NCBI GenBank assembly: GCA_965222375.1
Contig: CBDCTZ010000009.1
Location: forward strand, 1-64,000
Length of the DNA: 64,000 bases
Origin: Polyangiaceae bacterium
GTDB lineage: Bacteria; Myxococcota_A; Polyangia; Polyangiales; Polyangiaceae
Direction: 5' to 3'
Part shown: positions 47,601 through 57,056 of the stretch, piece after piece
Layout of the letters: each line of letters starts with the position of its first letter
Position numbering within the stretch: position 1 is the stretch's first letter
Program-made: the position numbers and the translations under genes
Notes under the pieces: model-generated
What the model saw: only the letters and a program-made list of their open reading frames with translations
The model's database searches: none
Told to the model about the DNA's origin: nothing

Positions 47601-48369
47601 CGGCCGCGATGCCGGCCACGTGGGTGCCGTGCCCGCCGGCCACCTGGATGCTCTGCGGCTTGAAGCAATCGATGGGATCCGGATCTGGCTTCGGCGTGCC
47701 ATTTCCTTGCCCCTGGCCACTTGGGTTGTAGTCGTCGCCAACGAAATCGAAGCCGCCGATCACCTTTGCGGTCGGGAACGTCCCGGCCTCGATCACGTCC
47801 GGATCATTGGAGTTGAACGTCTGGGCGGTTCCTGGACCCCCGAAGTCCGCGTGCAAGTAGTCCACGCCCGAGTCGATGATGCCGATGGTCATGCCGCTTC
47901 CGGTCAGCGGCGTGGTTCGCGCCCAAACCTCCGGTGCTCCCACCACCGGCAGTGCCGATGCGAGGGTGCGCTTCATGATTGGCACTTCCTCCAGGCCGAC
48001 CACTCCCGGCAAGCCCTTCAGGCGCGCGGCGTTCCTTTTCGGAAGTCTCACTTGCACCAGGTTGGCTAGACGCCGAATGTCGGCGACGACGATGCCGCCC
48101 AGGCCGGCGACCCCCGGGGCGAGCGTCCGCCGCTGATCATCCATGGCACTGATTCGTCGCTGCACGACCAGCGCGGCGGCAGGCGCCGTTGGATCCATCT
48201 TCGGCGGCAGCGCGTCGATGCCGCCGGGGCCTTGTAGAACGACGTAGTACTCCGACCAGGTGTCGCCTTGAGAGAGGGGCGACACGCTGGCGGCGCTTTG
48301 AGAGGTGGGCGGCTCGGGCGTCGTCGAGCACGCGGCCAAGACGACCGCTGGGGCGAGGTATCGGCGCAT
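44689..48369 (-). CDS. Subtilisin-family S8 serine peptidase with PA domain and MYXO-CTERM-like sorting tail
   Basis: IIDSGVD, HGTHVAGI, AAGN, GTSMASP. PA insert GKVAIVDRGQCTF. Tail GGCGC...[16 protein letters not shown]. Confidence 0.95.
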   Translation of the reverse strand: MRRYLAPAVVLAACSTTPEPPTSQSAASVSPLSQGDTWSEYYVVLQGPGGIDALPPKMDPTAPAAALVVQRRISAMDDQRRTLAPGVAGLGGIVVADIRRLANLVQVRLPKRNAARLKGLPGVVGLEEVPIMKRTLASALPVVGAPEVWARTTPLTGSGMTIGIIDSGVDYLHADFGGPGTAQTFNSNDPDVIEAGTFPTAKVIGGFDFVGDDYNPSGQGQGNGTPKPDPDPIDCFKPQSIQVAGGHGTHVAGIAAGAGVLKGGATFTGPYSQTFDPSIFRVAPGVAPEAKLYALKIFGCQGGTTQLAAALERAVDPNQDGNLSDRLDVVNASLGTAYAVGATIGGGLVRNLTKAGSLLVVAAGNDGQTFWAAGTPSAYPDALSVAASVDADLVALQVTSPSTIAGEYAAAEGGFTTPLNDSGAISGSVVASVPANGCQNWSNASAVNGKVAIVDRGQCTFVQKFGNAIKAGAVAAIIVDNEDDTLPFAMGGGDPGSVSIPGVMIRKVDGTKIKAQLSAGVSVTLDPAVKFGGAGSEIIASFSSRGPSAIDGILKPEISAPGFAIDSARVGSGTLARRSQGTSMASPVVAGAAAVLRQAQPAWAPSAVKAALMNSTEPVLDGTLNPYPPSIAGAGRVALERAVDASFTALSDEDSASVALSFGALISDEKVSRDRSLSVTNHGAQPITVKLSVDSLRSLPGVTLAIAPAELTIAAGQSEKATLSLSLDPDALGAPAAGPATPAQQFEQPRHYLTEADGWVKLATATETAVVPFHGVVRAAARRKAGALAECAETSPGVVTIPIEGTSSHPKPLVTAFQLGATSPKMPTSDTDPEQAMIDILAVGHGSDVSTADDFEDTSAFIAVAVAGEWTTAARGALSLINVAIDTNFDNKADFVVRTEPLTAQGPYADVLAASTYRASTSQPVGKRFLNMVSVETAATDPYHNSVLILPVDLPDIDLSPGAASFAYAVVTEAFDFSTQADQTEWITFNPEEPELDTARFGDEGRPIFSADEVQVQVSDAARSSGSVPDLLLLHHQNVAGERFEVVKLSDSLSGTGDLVVKETPLESVAAGEPTLWKFQVFNEGNADVDNVMVTGSAKSAKIVSQSSSQGSCSISGSSVGCELGTLLAGAGAEVHVGIEASGSASSVTLKAVAEDAKPCEADTTNNSLEANVAVTGGSSGASGLSAHGGCGCEVPGGKQRPSALWLSLGALLLLRRRRRTLSERS

Positions 48370-48433
48370 GATCACGGTGTGGTCGCATAGCCCGGCTCGG
48401 GCAGCGCCGCACGTCCTGGGGCGAGGTTTGGGG

Positions 48434-49165
48434 TCATTTTTTTCGGAGCGACACCGAGGCAACGAGGGGCAAATGGTCTGAGGCTCGGCGGCTGAGAGCT
48501 GTACGCACGGGACCGGCACGAAGTGTCCGGATATCGCCACGAAGGAACAATCCGTCCAGGGGCCTCACGGGTAACCAGGCGGGAAACGTTGGCGAGAGTG
48601 GACCGACCCGATGGAAACCGGCGGGAGTGAGGTGTTCGGGCCCGAGGGTGCCCCAGAGGTCGTTCAGGTCGCCTCCCAGGACAATCGGTGTACGGCGGTG
48701 CAGCCCTCGGTAGGGGCGCGACGACAGGAAGCGCTCCAGCTGCTGGCCCCGTTCGGAACCCGCCAGCCCCAAATGCAGATTGGTGATCACGATGCTGCGG
48801 GACCGACTCCCGAAGCGGATTCGAGCTCGGGCTTGCAGCGCTCCCCGTTTCTTTCGAGTGCCCACAGTCAAATCCAGGTGCACGACGTTGGATAGGGGCC
48901 AGCGACTCAGTATGGCGTTGCCGTAGCCGCCAACGCTGAAGCGATGCTCAGGGCCGTAGGCCACGTGGGGCATGGCGAGGGCATGGGAAAGCAGATCCGC
49001 TTGAGTGTCGAACTCCGAGCGGGGCATGTCCTCGGCAACCTCTTGCAGCAAAGCGATGTCGGGCTCGCAGCCCGCCAGGACGTCAATCACGCGCTGCAAG
49101 CGGTAGCGGCGGTCGAAGCCGCCGATGCCTTTGTGAATGTTCCACGTCGCGATGGTCAAGCGCAT
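48434..49165 (-). CDS. Endonuclease/exonuclease/phosphatase family protein
   Basis: TWNIHKG, LLQEV, GNAILSR, GGDLN, ASDHLPL. Confidence 0.93.
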   Translation of the reverse strand: MRLTIATWNIHKGIGGFDRRYRLQRVIDVLAGCEPDIALLQEVAEDMPRSEFDTQADLLSHALAMPHVAYGPEHRFSVGGYGNAILSRWPLSNVVHLDLTVGTRKKRGALQARARIRFGSRSRSIVITNLHLGLAGSERGQQLERFLSSRPYRGLHRRTPIVLGGDLNDLWGTLGPEHLTPAGFHRVGPLSPTFPAWLPVRPLDGLFLRGDIRTLRAGPVRTALSRRASDHLPLVASVSLRKK

Positions 49166-49316
49166 GTCGCCACGAACGAGGTAGCGCGCCCCGCGGCGCC
49201 GCGTCAAAGGCCCTTCTGCCCGGGCTCGGGCAGTGCTCTCGCCGTGGGGGCGACGACGCTCGCGATTCGAGATAGGATCAGCCGCCGAGCCACCGCGCTG
49301 AGTCTTGATTCCGAAA

Positions 49317-50522
49317 ATGAGTGATGCACCCCCGCCGGATCTGGCCGGCCGACTCGTACTGGAGCGTTACCGCGTCGAGCGCCTCATCGGTCGCGGTGGT
49401 ATGGGCACGGTGTGGGCGGGTCGTCACGTCACCCTGGGCCAGCTGGTCGCGATCAAGTTCATTCACGAGAAGCTGACCAGTAGCGCTGAGGCCCTGCGCC
49501 GCTTCGACCTGGAGGCCAAGGCCGCAGCGCGCATCAAGAGCCGCCACGCGGTCCAAGTCTATGACCACGGAGTCACCGATGACGGACGCCCCTTCATCGC
49601 CATGGAGTACCTGGAGGGTGAGTCTTTGGAGCAGCGCCTCAAGGCGCGGGGCGCGCTGCCTCTGGACGAGGTCAAGCGGCTCGTGGCCCAGGCGGCCCTC
49701 GCCCTGGACGCCGCGCATTCCGCCAACGTGGTGCATCGAGATCTCAAGCCAGACAACATCTTCCTCGCCAACGATCCCGAGGCTCCGGACTGGGGCTACA
49801 CGGTCAAGCTCGTGGATTTCGGCATCGCCAAGATCGTTCAGGAAGATGCCGCCGAAGGTGCGCCAGCGACCCAAGCCGGCACGGTTCTGGGTACGCCGCA
49901 CTACATGAGCCCAGAGGCTTTGACGGCGTCGGCCCCGGTGAGCACCGCGAGTGACGTCTGGTCTTTGGGTGCTTGTGCTTTCGCAGCGCTGACCGCGCGC
50001 CCGCCCTTCGAAGGGGACGCGATCGGAGACGTGGTGCTCAAGGTCTGCGCCGCCCCCATGCCAGTGCCATCTCGAGTGCATTCCGGGCTGTCTCGCGCCT
50101 TCGACGACTGGTTTGCCCGCTCTTGCTCCCGGGACCCGACCAAGCGCTTTGCAGCCATTCGGGAGCAAGCGGACGCGCTGCAGGCCTTGGAAGCTTGGGC
50201 GGACGCACGCAAGGCGACCGAGGCCTACGAGCTCAAACGGGCGGACGTTGACTTGGACAAGGAAATCGCCCGGGCCACGGGCTCCGGCGCCAAGGGTTTG
50301 GCCATCGGTCTGGCCATTGCGGCCCTGGCAATTTTCGGCATTGGCCTGTACGCGGCGAAGCTCGCGCGGGAGGCCAATCAGGCGGTGCAGAAGACGGCGC
50401 ACAGTGCCGCCCAGGTCGTGGAGACGGAGAACGAGCGCAAGTTGCGGGAAGCGGACGAGGCGTACTGGAACTCCTTGGACGGCGGCCGGGACGCTGGCGC
50501 CGCAAAGACCTACAAGCCCTGA
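49317..50522 (+). CDS. Serine/threonine protein kinase with C-terminal TM segment
   Basis: IGRGGMGTV, VAIK, HRDLKPDN, DFGIAK, GTPHYMSPE. Confidence 0.95.
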   Translation: MSDAPPPDLAGRLVLERYRVERLIGRGGMGTVWAGRHVTLGQLVAIKFIHEKLTSSAEALRRFDLEAKAAARIKSRHAVQVYDHGVTDDGRPFIAMEYLEGESLEQRLKARGALPLDEVKRLVAQAALALDAAHSANVVHRDLKPDNIFLANDPEAPDWGYTVKLVDFGIAKIVQEDAAEGAPATQAGTVLGTPHYMSPEALTASAPVSTASDVWSLGACAFAALTARPPFEGDAIGDVVLKVCAAPMPVPSRVHSGLSRAFDDWFARSCSRDPTKRFAAIREQADALQALEAWADARKATEAYELKRADVDLDKEIARATGSGAKGLAIGLAIAALAIFGIGLYAAKLAREANQAVQKTAHSAAQVVETENERKLREADEAYWNSLDGGRDAGAAKTYKP

Positions 50523-50543
50523 GGGGTTCAGGGCTTGTAGGTC
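50507..50543. terminator. 16-bp perfect inverted repeat spanning two convergent stop codons (candidate bidirectional terminator)
   Basis: GACCTACAAGCCCTGA-GGGGT-TCAGGGCTTGTAGGTC. No U-tract. Confidence 0.6.
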
Positions 50544-51788
50544 GTGATGGCCACGGCTTGCTGGGCGCTTGCCACCACCGTGACCGCTGGCTTCCAACCC
50601 GATGCATTTAGAGAACTCGCCAAAAGCGTCCCTCCGCTGACCCAAGCCACTTCGGCTCGGCCGTCGAGGCCTCGGGCAACCGCTGGCGCGGCGGCCAGGG
50701 CGCTTGCCGGGAAGGGTGACTGGGGAGCGCTCCAGGTACTTCCGCTGAGGATGGTCGTGCGCAGGCGGTCATCCGAGCCGCGGAACGCGAGCAAGACATC
50801 GCCGCCGCTGAGCGCCGCCAGCGCGGGTGTGCCGACGCTCGCGATGCTGCCGGTGACCAGCGCTGGCGCGGACCAGCTCGTGCCGCTGCCTTGAGTCCAA
50901 TACAGTTGCTTGGTGGTGGCGTGGGTGTAGACGGCGACGAATTGCTGCCCGGCGCCCTGTCGCGCCGTGATTGCCGGCGAGACGGTCTTGTCCGCCGCGG
51001 CCCCACTCGAGTGCCCGAACGCCGCTTGGAAGCTGCTGCCCTGGGAAAGCTGAGTGTACAGATTGCCGTCATCACCGATGTACGCGACGCTTTCCTGGTT
51101 GGGCAAAGCCGCCACGCTCGGCGCACTGGGACCGAAGCTATGCACTCCGCCGCCCAGCACCGGAGCGAACCCCTGCCAACTGCCGCCATATCGATTGACG
51201 TAGTATTTGAAGTCGGAACCCAGGAACGCCAGGGTCGTGCTCGATGCGGTCGCCAGGGCAGGGGGAGCCCAGGGTCAAACCCGCCGTGCCGACCGGCGAT
51301 AGTGCGCTCAGCGCGCCGGTGGATGCGTTCCACGTGGCGAAGCGCAGCTCATTCTGAACGCTGTCCCGTACCACCAACACGGCGCCCGCCGCGGTTTCGG
51401 CCAATGCCGGCCGGTCCAGTATCGACGTTGCAACGGTCTTCGTGGAAAACGGGCCCGCCACGCCGCGAGTCGACAGCACGATGCCCGTGCTGCTCCGGCT
51501 CACGATCACCACCTGACCGGTGGTGCCGCTGTCCCCAGCGGCGTCGGCATCGCCGCTGGCATCCGCAGGCCCATCCGCGCTCACATCCCTGCTCGCGTCC
51601 CCGGAGCTGTCGCTGGCGGCATCGAGCTGGCCACCATTGCCGCCGGTGCCGCTACTTCCGCTGCTTCCCCCGGCAGCATCAGCGAAGCCCCCGGGGGGCC
51701 TACGCTGCGGGTCTTCCTCGCTGGTCGCACACGCGGCGGCTAACAACCCCAGAGAGAGGAGGGCTCGAGTCGTCCTAGAAGCGCTCAT
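50528..51788 (-). CDS. Lipoprotein with repeat (propeller-like) domain; split by one extra base in the G5 run at 51261-51265
   Basis: LAAAC lipobox. Removing one base joins ORFs 51138-51788 and 50528-51160 through PALATASSTTLAFLGSD. Confidence 0.7.
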
Positions 51789-51836
51789 CGCCTCGATAGC
51801 CTAGCGCGAACGCGGGGCGGCGTGCGCGGAGGGGGT

Positions 51837-52710
51837 TCAGCGGTAGAAGTTGTGCACGATCCAGCTGCGCCCGTCCTGAGTCACGTGAATGCCGCAAGCC
51901 ACACTTCGGTAGCCCGGGTCCATCATGTTGCGGTAGTGGCCGTGGGCGGGCCCCCTCGCCGGGCCCCTCGTCGAACATGGCTTTGGCGCAGCTGTCCACG
52001 ACCTGGTCCAGACTGCCTTGCCAGCCCGGGCATTCGTTCTGGGCGGATTCTTGGCACTGGCCGAAGGCGCCGTGGGGCTTGTTGCTGGCGGCGTCGCTGG
52101 CCGCGGCGCTATTCGCGCAGCTCACGCGGTCGGTTCGCGGGCTGAGGGCAGCTGCGCCACGCGTGGCTCGGTATTGGTTGATGCGATCGACGCAGCGCTT
52201 CCGCGCCGCGGCATGGGGATCACCAGCTGGGGGTGGAGGGGTGGTCGCAGGTGGAGGTGCGGTGGTTGGGGGTGGCGCGGTGGCCGGCGGAGGTGTGGGC
52301 GGCGCCGTGGCTTGGCCCCGCGGCATACAAGACGGGCCCATGGGCGTGGTGAAGCAGCCGGCCCCGGCTTTACAGTCGGCGTCTGTCCGGCAACCACCGC
52401 AGCGGCCCCCGAGGCAGCGCCCGAAGGGACACTGCAGGTCGTTGTCGGTCGCACAGGGCAAGCCGCCAATGGGCGGGGGAGGTTGAGCGGCTGTCGGAGC
52501 CGGTGGCGACGCTGTGGGTGGGGGTTGGCCCGTGGTGGGCCCTGGGGCCTGTGGGACCGGTGCCGGAGCCGGTGGGGGAGGCGAAGCCCCAGGCATGGTC
52601 CCGGTGGGTGGCGGGCCGGGGTAGAGGGGCTCTCCGGATTCCTCACGTTTACAGGCCACCGCCAGCAGTATGGCGATGGCAGCTACCCAGCACACCCGTC
52701 GGAAACCCAT
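51837..52710 (-). CDS. Pro-rich lipoprotein with C-terminal CAP (SCP) domain; frameshift in the C-run near 51951-51955
   Basis: LAVAC lipobox, CVDRINQYRA. The shifted frame gives HGHYRNMMDPGYRSVACGI...VHNFYR-stop. Confidence 0.8.
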
Positions 52711-52833
52711 TTTCTTACCGATCCTTCGGATATCGCTCCAGAGCCACGTTGTCGAGGCATTCTTGCCCTCCGCGACCCGAGATCACTCTCCGCGGCCGCA
52801 GTGTTATATGGTCCCCCACCACGGAGGTAGCAG

Positions 52834-53391
52834 ATGATCGACGAGGTGCTCAGTGACCTCGCTTCGGCGGCGGAAAAAGCGAAAGAAGCTCTGAAGCGAG
52901 AACTCAGCAAGCTGCGGACGGGTAGAGCGCACGCGGGCATGCTGGATTCGATTCGCGTCGATTACTACGGCCAGGTGACGCCGATTTCTCAGATGGCCTC
53001 GGTCGGCGTGCCCGAACCCCGCATGTTGACCGTGAAGCCTTGGGACAAGTCTCAGGTCACCCTAATCGAGAAGGCTCTGCGTGAGAGCGATCTTGGAATC
53101 AACCCACAGGTCGATGGGGAGCTCATCCGAGTGCCCGTACCGCCTTTGAGTGAAGAGCGGCGCAAAGACTTGGTGAAAGTCGCGAAGAAGCAGGGGGAAG
53201 AATGCAAGATCGCGATCCGTAAGGCGAGGCACGATTGCCTCGATATGCTCAATGAAATGAAACAGGGCGGCGACGCGAGCGAGGACGAAGTCGACCGCGC
53301 CAAGAAGAAGGCCGAGGAGACCGTCTCCAAGGCGGGGCAGGATGTGGACCAGATCATCTCCGCCAAAGAAAAGGACATCTTGGCGGTTTGA
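52834..53391 (+). CDS. frr: Ribosome recycling factor
   Basis: LRTGRA, VDYYG, PWDKS, PPLSEERRKDLVK. 185 aa with GGAGG RBS. Confidence 0.97.
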   Translation: MIDEVLSDLASAAEKAKEALKRELSKLRTGRAHAGMLDSIRVDYYGQVTPISQMASVGVPEPRMLTVKPWDKSQVTLIEKALRESDLGINPQVDGELIRVPVPPLSEERRKDLVKVAKKQGEECKIAIRKARHDCLDMLNEMKQGGDASEDEVDRAKKKAEETVSKAGQDVDQIISAKEKDILAV

Positions 53392-53512
53392 TGCTGGCAC
53401 GGACGCTTGAAGTGCCCGCCGAATTTGCCTTTGGTTTTGAATGCTTGACAGCGCAGGGGAAGTGCGGAGACATTTTCTTGAGGCAGTCTGCCTAGGAGCG
53501 GCTCGATAACAC

Positions 53513-54376
53513 ATGGCTAAATTGCGTGCAGCGGCGGCCGGCATCAGTGACGTCGGCCTTCAGCGCGATCACAACGAGGATAGTTTTGCGATCCTCAAGG
53601 ATCACGAGCTGTACATCGTTGCTGACGGCATGGGCGGACACCGTGCTGGCGACGTGGCCAGCCGGCTAGCCACGGACGCGATGGTCGACTTCTTCCGCGC
53701 TACCGCCGCCGACGACGTGACCTGGCCTTTTCACTTCGACGCTCGGCTCTCGGAGGAAGAAAACCGCCTGCTGACCGCCATTCGTATCGCCAATCGGCAG
53801 ATCATCGAGCGCAGTCTGCGCTCTCGTGAATGCCACGGCATGGGTACGACCATCGTCGGTGCGCTGTTTGCTCCAGAGAAGCGCACGATGTTCATTGGTC
53901 ACGTGGGCGACAGCCGCGCGTATCGCATCCGGGAGGGCGCCATCAATCAGCTCACCCGAGACCATTCCTTGGTGAACGACTACCTGTTGGCGATGCCGGA
54001 GCTATCGGAAGAGCAGCGTAGCGAGCTGCCCAAGAACGTCATCACTCGCGCATTGGGCATGCAGGACCACGTGACAGTGGACCTACAGAGCGATACGGCA
54101 GAAGAAGGCGATCTCTACGTGCTCTGCTCGGATGGTCTGTCCGGGATGATCGATGACGAAGAGCTGCTGGACGTCGTTGGTGGCGCCGACGACCTAGCCG
54201 ACGCCTGCACGCGACTCGTGGCCATGGCCAACGAACATGGCGGTGAGGACAACATCACCGCGGTGGTGGTGCGCATTGACGAGAGCCCTCTGACCGCGGG
54301 CACGGACCTGCGCGACGCCGCGACCGAGCCCGCCGAAGCCTTCAAGCCCGTTGCCCCGAAGAAGTCGGAAAAGTAG
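53513..54376 (+). CDS. PP2C-type Ser/Thr protein phosphatase
   Basis: RDHNED, VADGMGGH, GMGTT, HVGDSRAY, LCSDGL, GGEDNIT. Confidence 0.95.
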   Translation: MAKLRAAAAGISDVGLQRDHNEDSFAILKDHELYIVADGMGGHRAGDVASRLATDAMVDFFRATAADDVTWPFHFDARLSEEENRLLTAIRIANRQIIERSLRSRECHGMGTTIVGALFAPEKRTMFIGHVGDSRAYRIREGAINQLTRDHSLVNDYLLAMPELSEEQRSELPKNVITRALGMQDHVTVDLQSDTAEEGDLYVLCSDGLSGMIDDEELLDVVGGADDLADACTRLVAMANEHGGEDNITAVVVRIDESPLTAGTDLRDAATEPAEAFKPVAPKKSEK

Positions 54377-54381
54377 CGGGC

Positions 54382-54954
54382 TTACTCTTCGCAGTTCTCG
54401 AAGACGAAGAACCCCTCGCCTTCACAGAAGAGCGTGGGCTGCTGGGAAGCCGTCAGCGCTGGGCAAACGAACTTTGCCCAGATGCGGCCCGATGCGACCT
54501 GCAAGGGCGCATCTTCCACGCTGATCGTGCAGGGCGTGGCTTGGTCGCTCTTGACGGTCTCGAGCACCGTCGGGTTGCGATGCAAGATGGTTGCGGTGCC
54601 GGTGCCAGCGGGCATCACGCTTCCGTTGACGCTGAAGGAGACACCTTTGTGGTTCGCGTTGCCATTGATGGAAAACCCATCGGCCGATTTGCGAACGTTG
54701 CAGCTCACGCTGGCGCCGCCTTCGCCGTCGACGACGCGGCTGCCCGGCTTGCTTGCGTCCGGAGGCGGGGAGCCGATGAACGCTTGGTGACCGCCGACCG
54801 TGCACTTTTTGCCGGCGGGTGTCACCGATGATGGTGCCGAGTGAACACTCATGTTCACTCCGCCCTGGGGCGGTGGCGGAACCGGATCGCTACAACCAAG
54901 TGTTCCCAGCAGGCCCGCGCCCGCCGCTACAGTAAGAATGCCCTTAAGCGTCAT
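54382..54954 (-). CDS. Hypothetical Cys-containing lipoprotein
   Basis: TLGC lipobox after a hydrophobic stretch. Confidence 0.7.
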   Translation of the reverse strand: MTLKGILTVAAGAGLLGTLGCSDPVPPPPQGGVNMSVHSAPSSVTPAGKKCTVGGHQAFIGSPPPDASKPGSRVVDGEGGASVSCNVRKSADGFSINGNANHKGVSFSVNGSVMPAGTGTATILHRNPTVLETVKSDQATPCTISVEDAPLQVASGRIWAKFVCPALTASQQPTLFCEGEGFFVFENCEE

Positions 54955-55130
54955 GCTCCACCGACCTCTCAGCAAACGACTGGGTCTTTCTTAGCTGCAA
55001 ACGCCGAAAAGCGCCACGCCATCCGAAAAAGGCGTAGCTTTTTCCAGTGCATTTCCGGGGGTCTGTAGTCCCCGCGCGTTCGGCTCGCCTGGCGCTGGGC
55101 CGCGCTAGCGGCCGGTCCTACGAGTGAAAA

Positions 55131-55150
55131 TGGGGTGAGTGACGGGAATT
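55131..55150 (-). repeat. Isolated tRNA-His 3'-end fragment, probable att site
   Basis: Minus strand AATTCCCGTCACTCACCCCA matches a T-arm 3' half, acceptor strand, C discriminator and CCA. The rest of the tRNA is absent. Confidence 0.7.
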
Positions 55151-55623
55151 CACCCGATCCTGAATGGCTACGAAGACTTAGCTCAGCAAATTGTCCAGAG
55201 AATGGCTACGAGGCCCTCGCAGCGAGGCTGCTCGAAGCAACAACGGAGGGTGATCCACGAGCGGAAGCCTTGGCCGAGGCTCTCGCAGACGTCGTTCTCA
55301 GCGCTGAGCCTCTGCGACTAGCCCGAGCCGTGCTGGCGGGTGGGCCCCACATGCTCGATCGAGCCCTGGAGCTTGCGGCGCTGGTTCTGCCGTCAGCGCA
55401 GACCGCGACGATCCGTGCTCGGAAGCAACCAAAGGGGGCCAAGTGACTCTCTCCGGCCATCCGAGACACCCCCGCCCCCACGCTGTCGGGTTGGGCTGGT
55501 CGAGGCCTGAGCGCCTTGTCGTCCTTCGCCAGACGCGCGCCCGGGTCGAAACAACCAGTATTCCCGCGTTTTGCACCCAGCTTGGTGTGAGCGTGGTGCT
55601 GGGTTGGTCACGAGTTTTGCGTC

Positions 55624-55673
55624 GTTTGGTGCACCAAACCCGGCACCAAAGCGCGCACCAAACCCTCACCAAG
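55624..55673. repeat. 16-bp palindrome plus GCACCAAA direct repeats at 12-bp period
   Basis: GTTTGGTGCACCAAAC at 55624-55639. GCACCAAA at 55631, 55643 and 55655, with a degenerate TCACCAAG at 55666. Confidence 0.75.
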
Positions 55674-55720
55674 AACACGGCCCGGACCGCACCAAGGCTC
55701 CGAAAGAAAGGCGGAACGCC

Positions 55721-56176
55721 ATGAACCCAGACACGATTCGAAAGCTCCTGACTGCCGTCCTCTCGTTCCGAGAGCCCTGCACCTCCGAGCAACTCGCGCT
55801 CGAGGTGTACGCGCATTCCAAGGCCTGGAAACGGTCCCGGAAGATCGTTGCGTCCGCCGCTGGCGTTGCGGGCCGCCTGCGGGCACGGGGGCTGCTGCGC
55901 CGCACGGGTGATGGGCGCTGGTACGTCTCTGAGGCCGGGCAAGCCTATCTAGCGCAGGTTCCGGACCCGTCCTCAGAAGGCGCCGTTACTCGCTCGCGTG
56001 CGCCGGTGTCTGCCCTGGCGCGGCGCCAGGACCGTGCGTCTGCACCGCAGCTTGCGTCGCCGATGTGGGTTCCGTGGACCGCCGCGCCGGGCGGATTTCT
56101 CTGGTTCGACGGGCAGACCTGGTGGTGGCCGGACGGCTACGGCGGCTGGTGGCCTTGGGCGACTTCGGCGTCATGA
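55721..56176 (+). CDS. Hypothetical protein, possible winged-helix N-terminus and Trp-rich tail
   Basis: AAGAAAGG upstream. TSEQLALEVY...RLRARGLLRRTGDGRWYVSEAG resembles a wHTH. Confidence 0.5.
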   Translation: MNPDTIRKLLTAVLSFREPCTSEQLALEVYAHSKAWKRSRKIVASAAGVAGRLRARGLLRRTGDGRWYVSEAGQAYLAQVPDPSSEGAVTRSRAPVSALARRQDRASAPQLASPMWVPWTAAPGGFLWFDGQTWWWPDGYGGWWPWATSAS

Positions 56177-56227
56177 GCGGCGCGCGCAAGTGGTTTTCGA
56201 GGGGGGAGAAATCAAGGAGATACTGAA

Positions 56228-56638
56228 ATGGAACGACTGAACACGACTTTCGACGATCTACTCAACCACCGTGTTGGCGCGGGCCTCGCGTGCGCTCCGG
56301 AGTGGGGGCCGGATGAGGAGGACGACATCGAAGATGAAGACTGCGACGAAGAGAGCGACGAACTCGGAGACGAGGACGAAGAAGACCTCGAGGAACGGAT
56401 CGGCGACGATCTAGAAGACGATTCCGAAGGCGACGAACAGAGCGATGACGAGGACGAGGACGACGAATACGACGAATACGACGAAGAGATCGACGACGAG
56501 AACGAGGACGACGAATACGACGAAGTGATCGACGAAGACGCACTGGCCACCGACGATGACGACGACCTGGACAGCGATGACCCAGAAGGTGATCGGGGCC
56601 GCGAAGAAAGTAACGGAGAGGAGGTCGAACGCTGCTGA
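56228..56638 (+). CDS. Extremely acidic small protein
   Basis: AAGGAG RBS. About half of the 136 residues are Asp/Glu. Confidence 0.65.
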   Translation: MERLNTTFDDLLNHRVGAGLACAPEWGPDEEDDIEDEDCDEESDELGDEDEEDLEERIGDDLEDDSEGDEQSDDEDEDDEYDEYDEEIDDENEDDEYDEVIDEDALATDDDDDLDSDDPEGDRGREESNGEEVERC

Positions 56639-57056
56639 TGGCGAGCTGAGCGCCTCTGTCGGCGTTCGCTTCGCTCCAACGGCGTCCACCGGGTCTTGAC
56701 GGTGGGCGCCCGAGCGAGCGATACCGCGCCGGGGGAGCGCGGCACCCAGGTGGCGGCGACTCTTCTCCCTGATCGAAACTGCGAAGCTCCTGGTCGTCGA
56801 CCTCTCCGCCTACTCGCACGATGCCGCGCGCGCCCGCGAGCGCGGCGAAGTGCTGCTCCCGCCCGAGTTCGCGCGGGCTCGAGCGGCGGAATAGGCCCAA
56901 TCCCCCGCAACCGAAAGCGCCCCGGCCGTCAACACGGGGCAGGGAGAGCACTCACGCTCGATGACTGGCGAGGGCTTGTCTCTCTGGCAACGTGATCAAA
57001 GCGCGATGTGAATGTCTTTGGGTTTGGGGTCGGTTCGATGTGGCGTACCTGGGGCG

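Noticed and set aside
49278..50645. 455-aa antisense ORF, and similar long shadow ORFs such as 29839-31044, 41205-42515, 9602-10825 and 12030-13277
   Set aside because: Antisense shadows of well-supported genes, expected in high-GC DNA.
53395..53410. TGGCACGG as a sigma54 promoter for PP2C
   Set aside because: No GC at the -12 position (GG-N10-TG). A TTGACA at 53445 is a likelier -35, but its -10 is weak.
55135..55446. 103-aa ORF at the second island boundary
   Set aside because: It starts inside the att fragment without an RBS and has no motif. It may be real but is unsupported.
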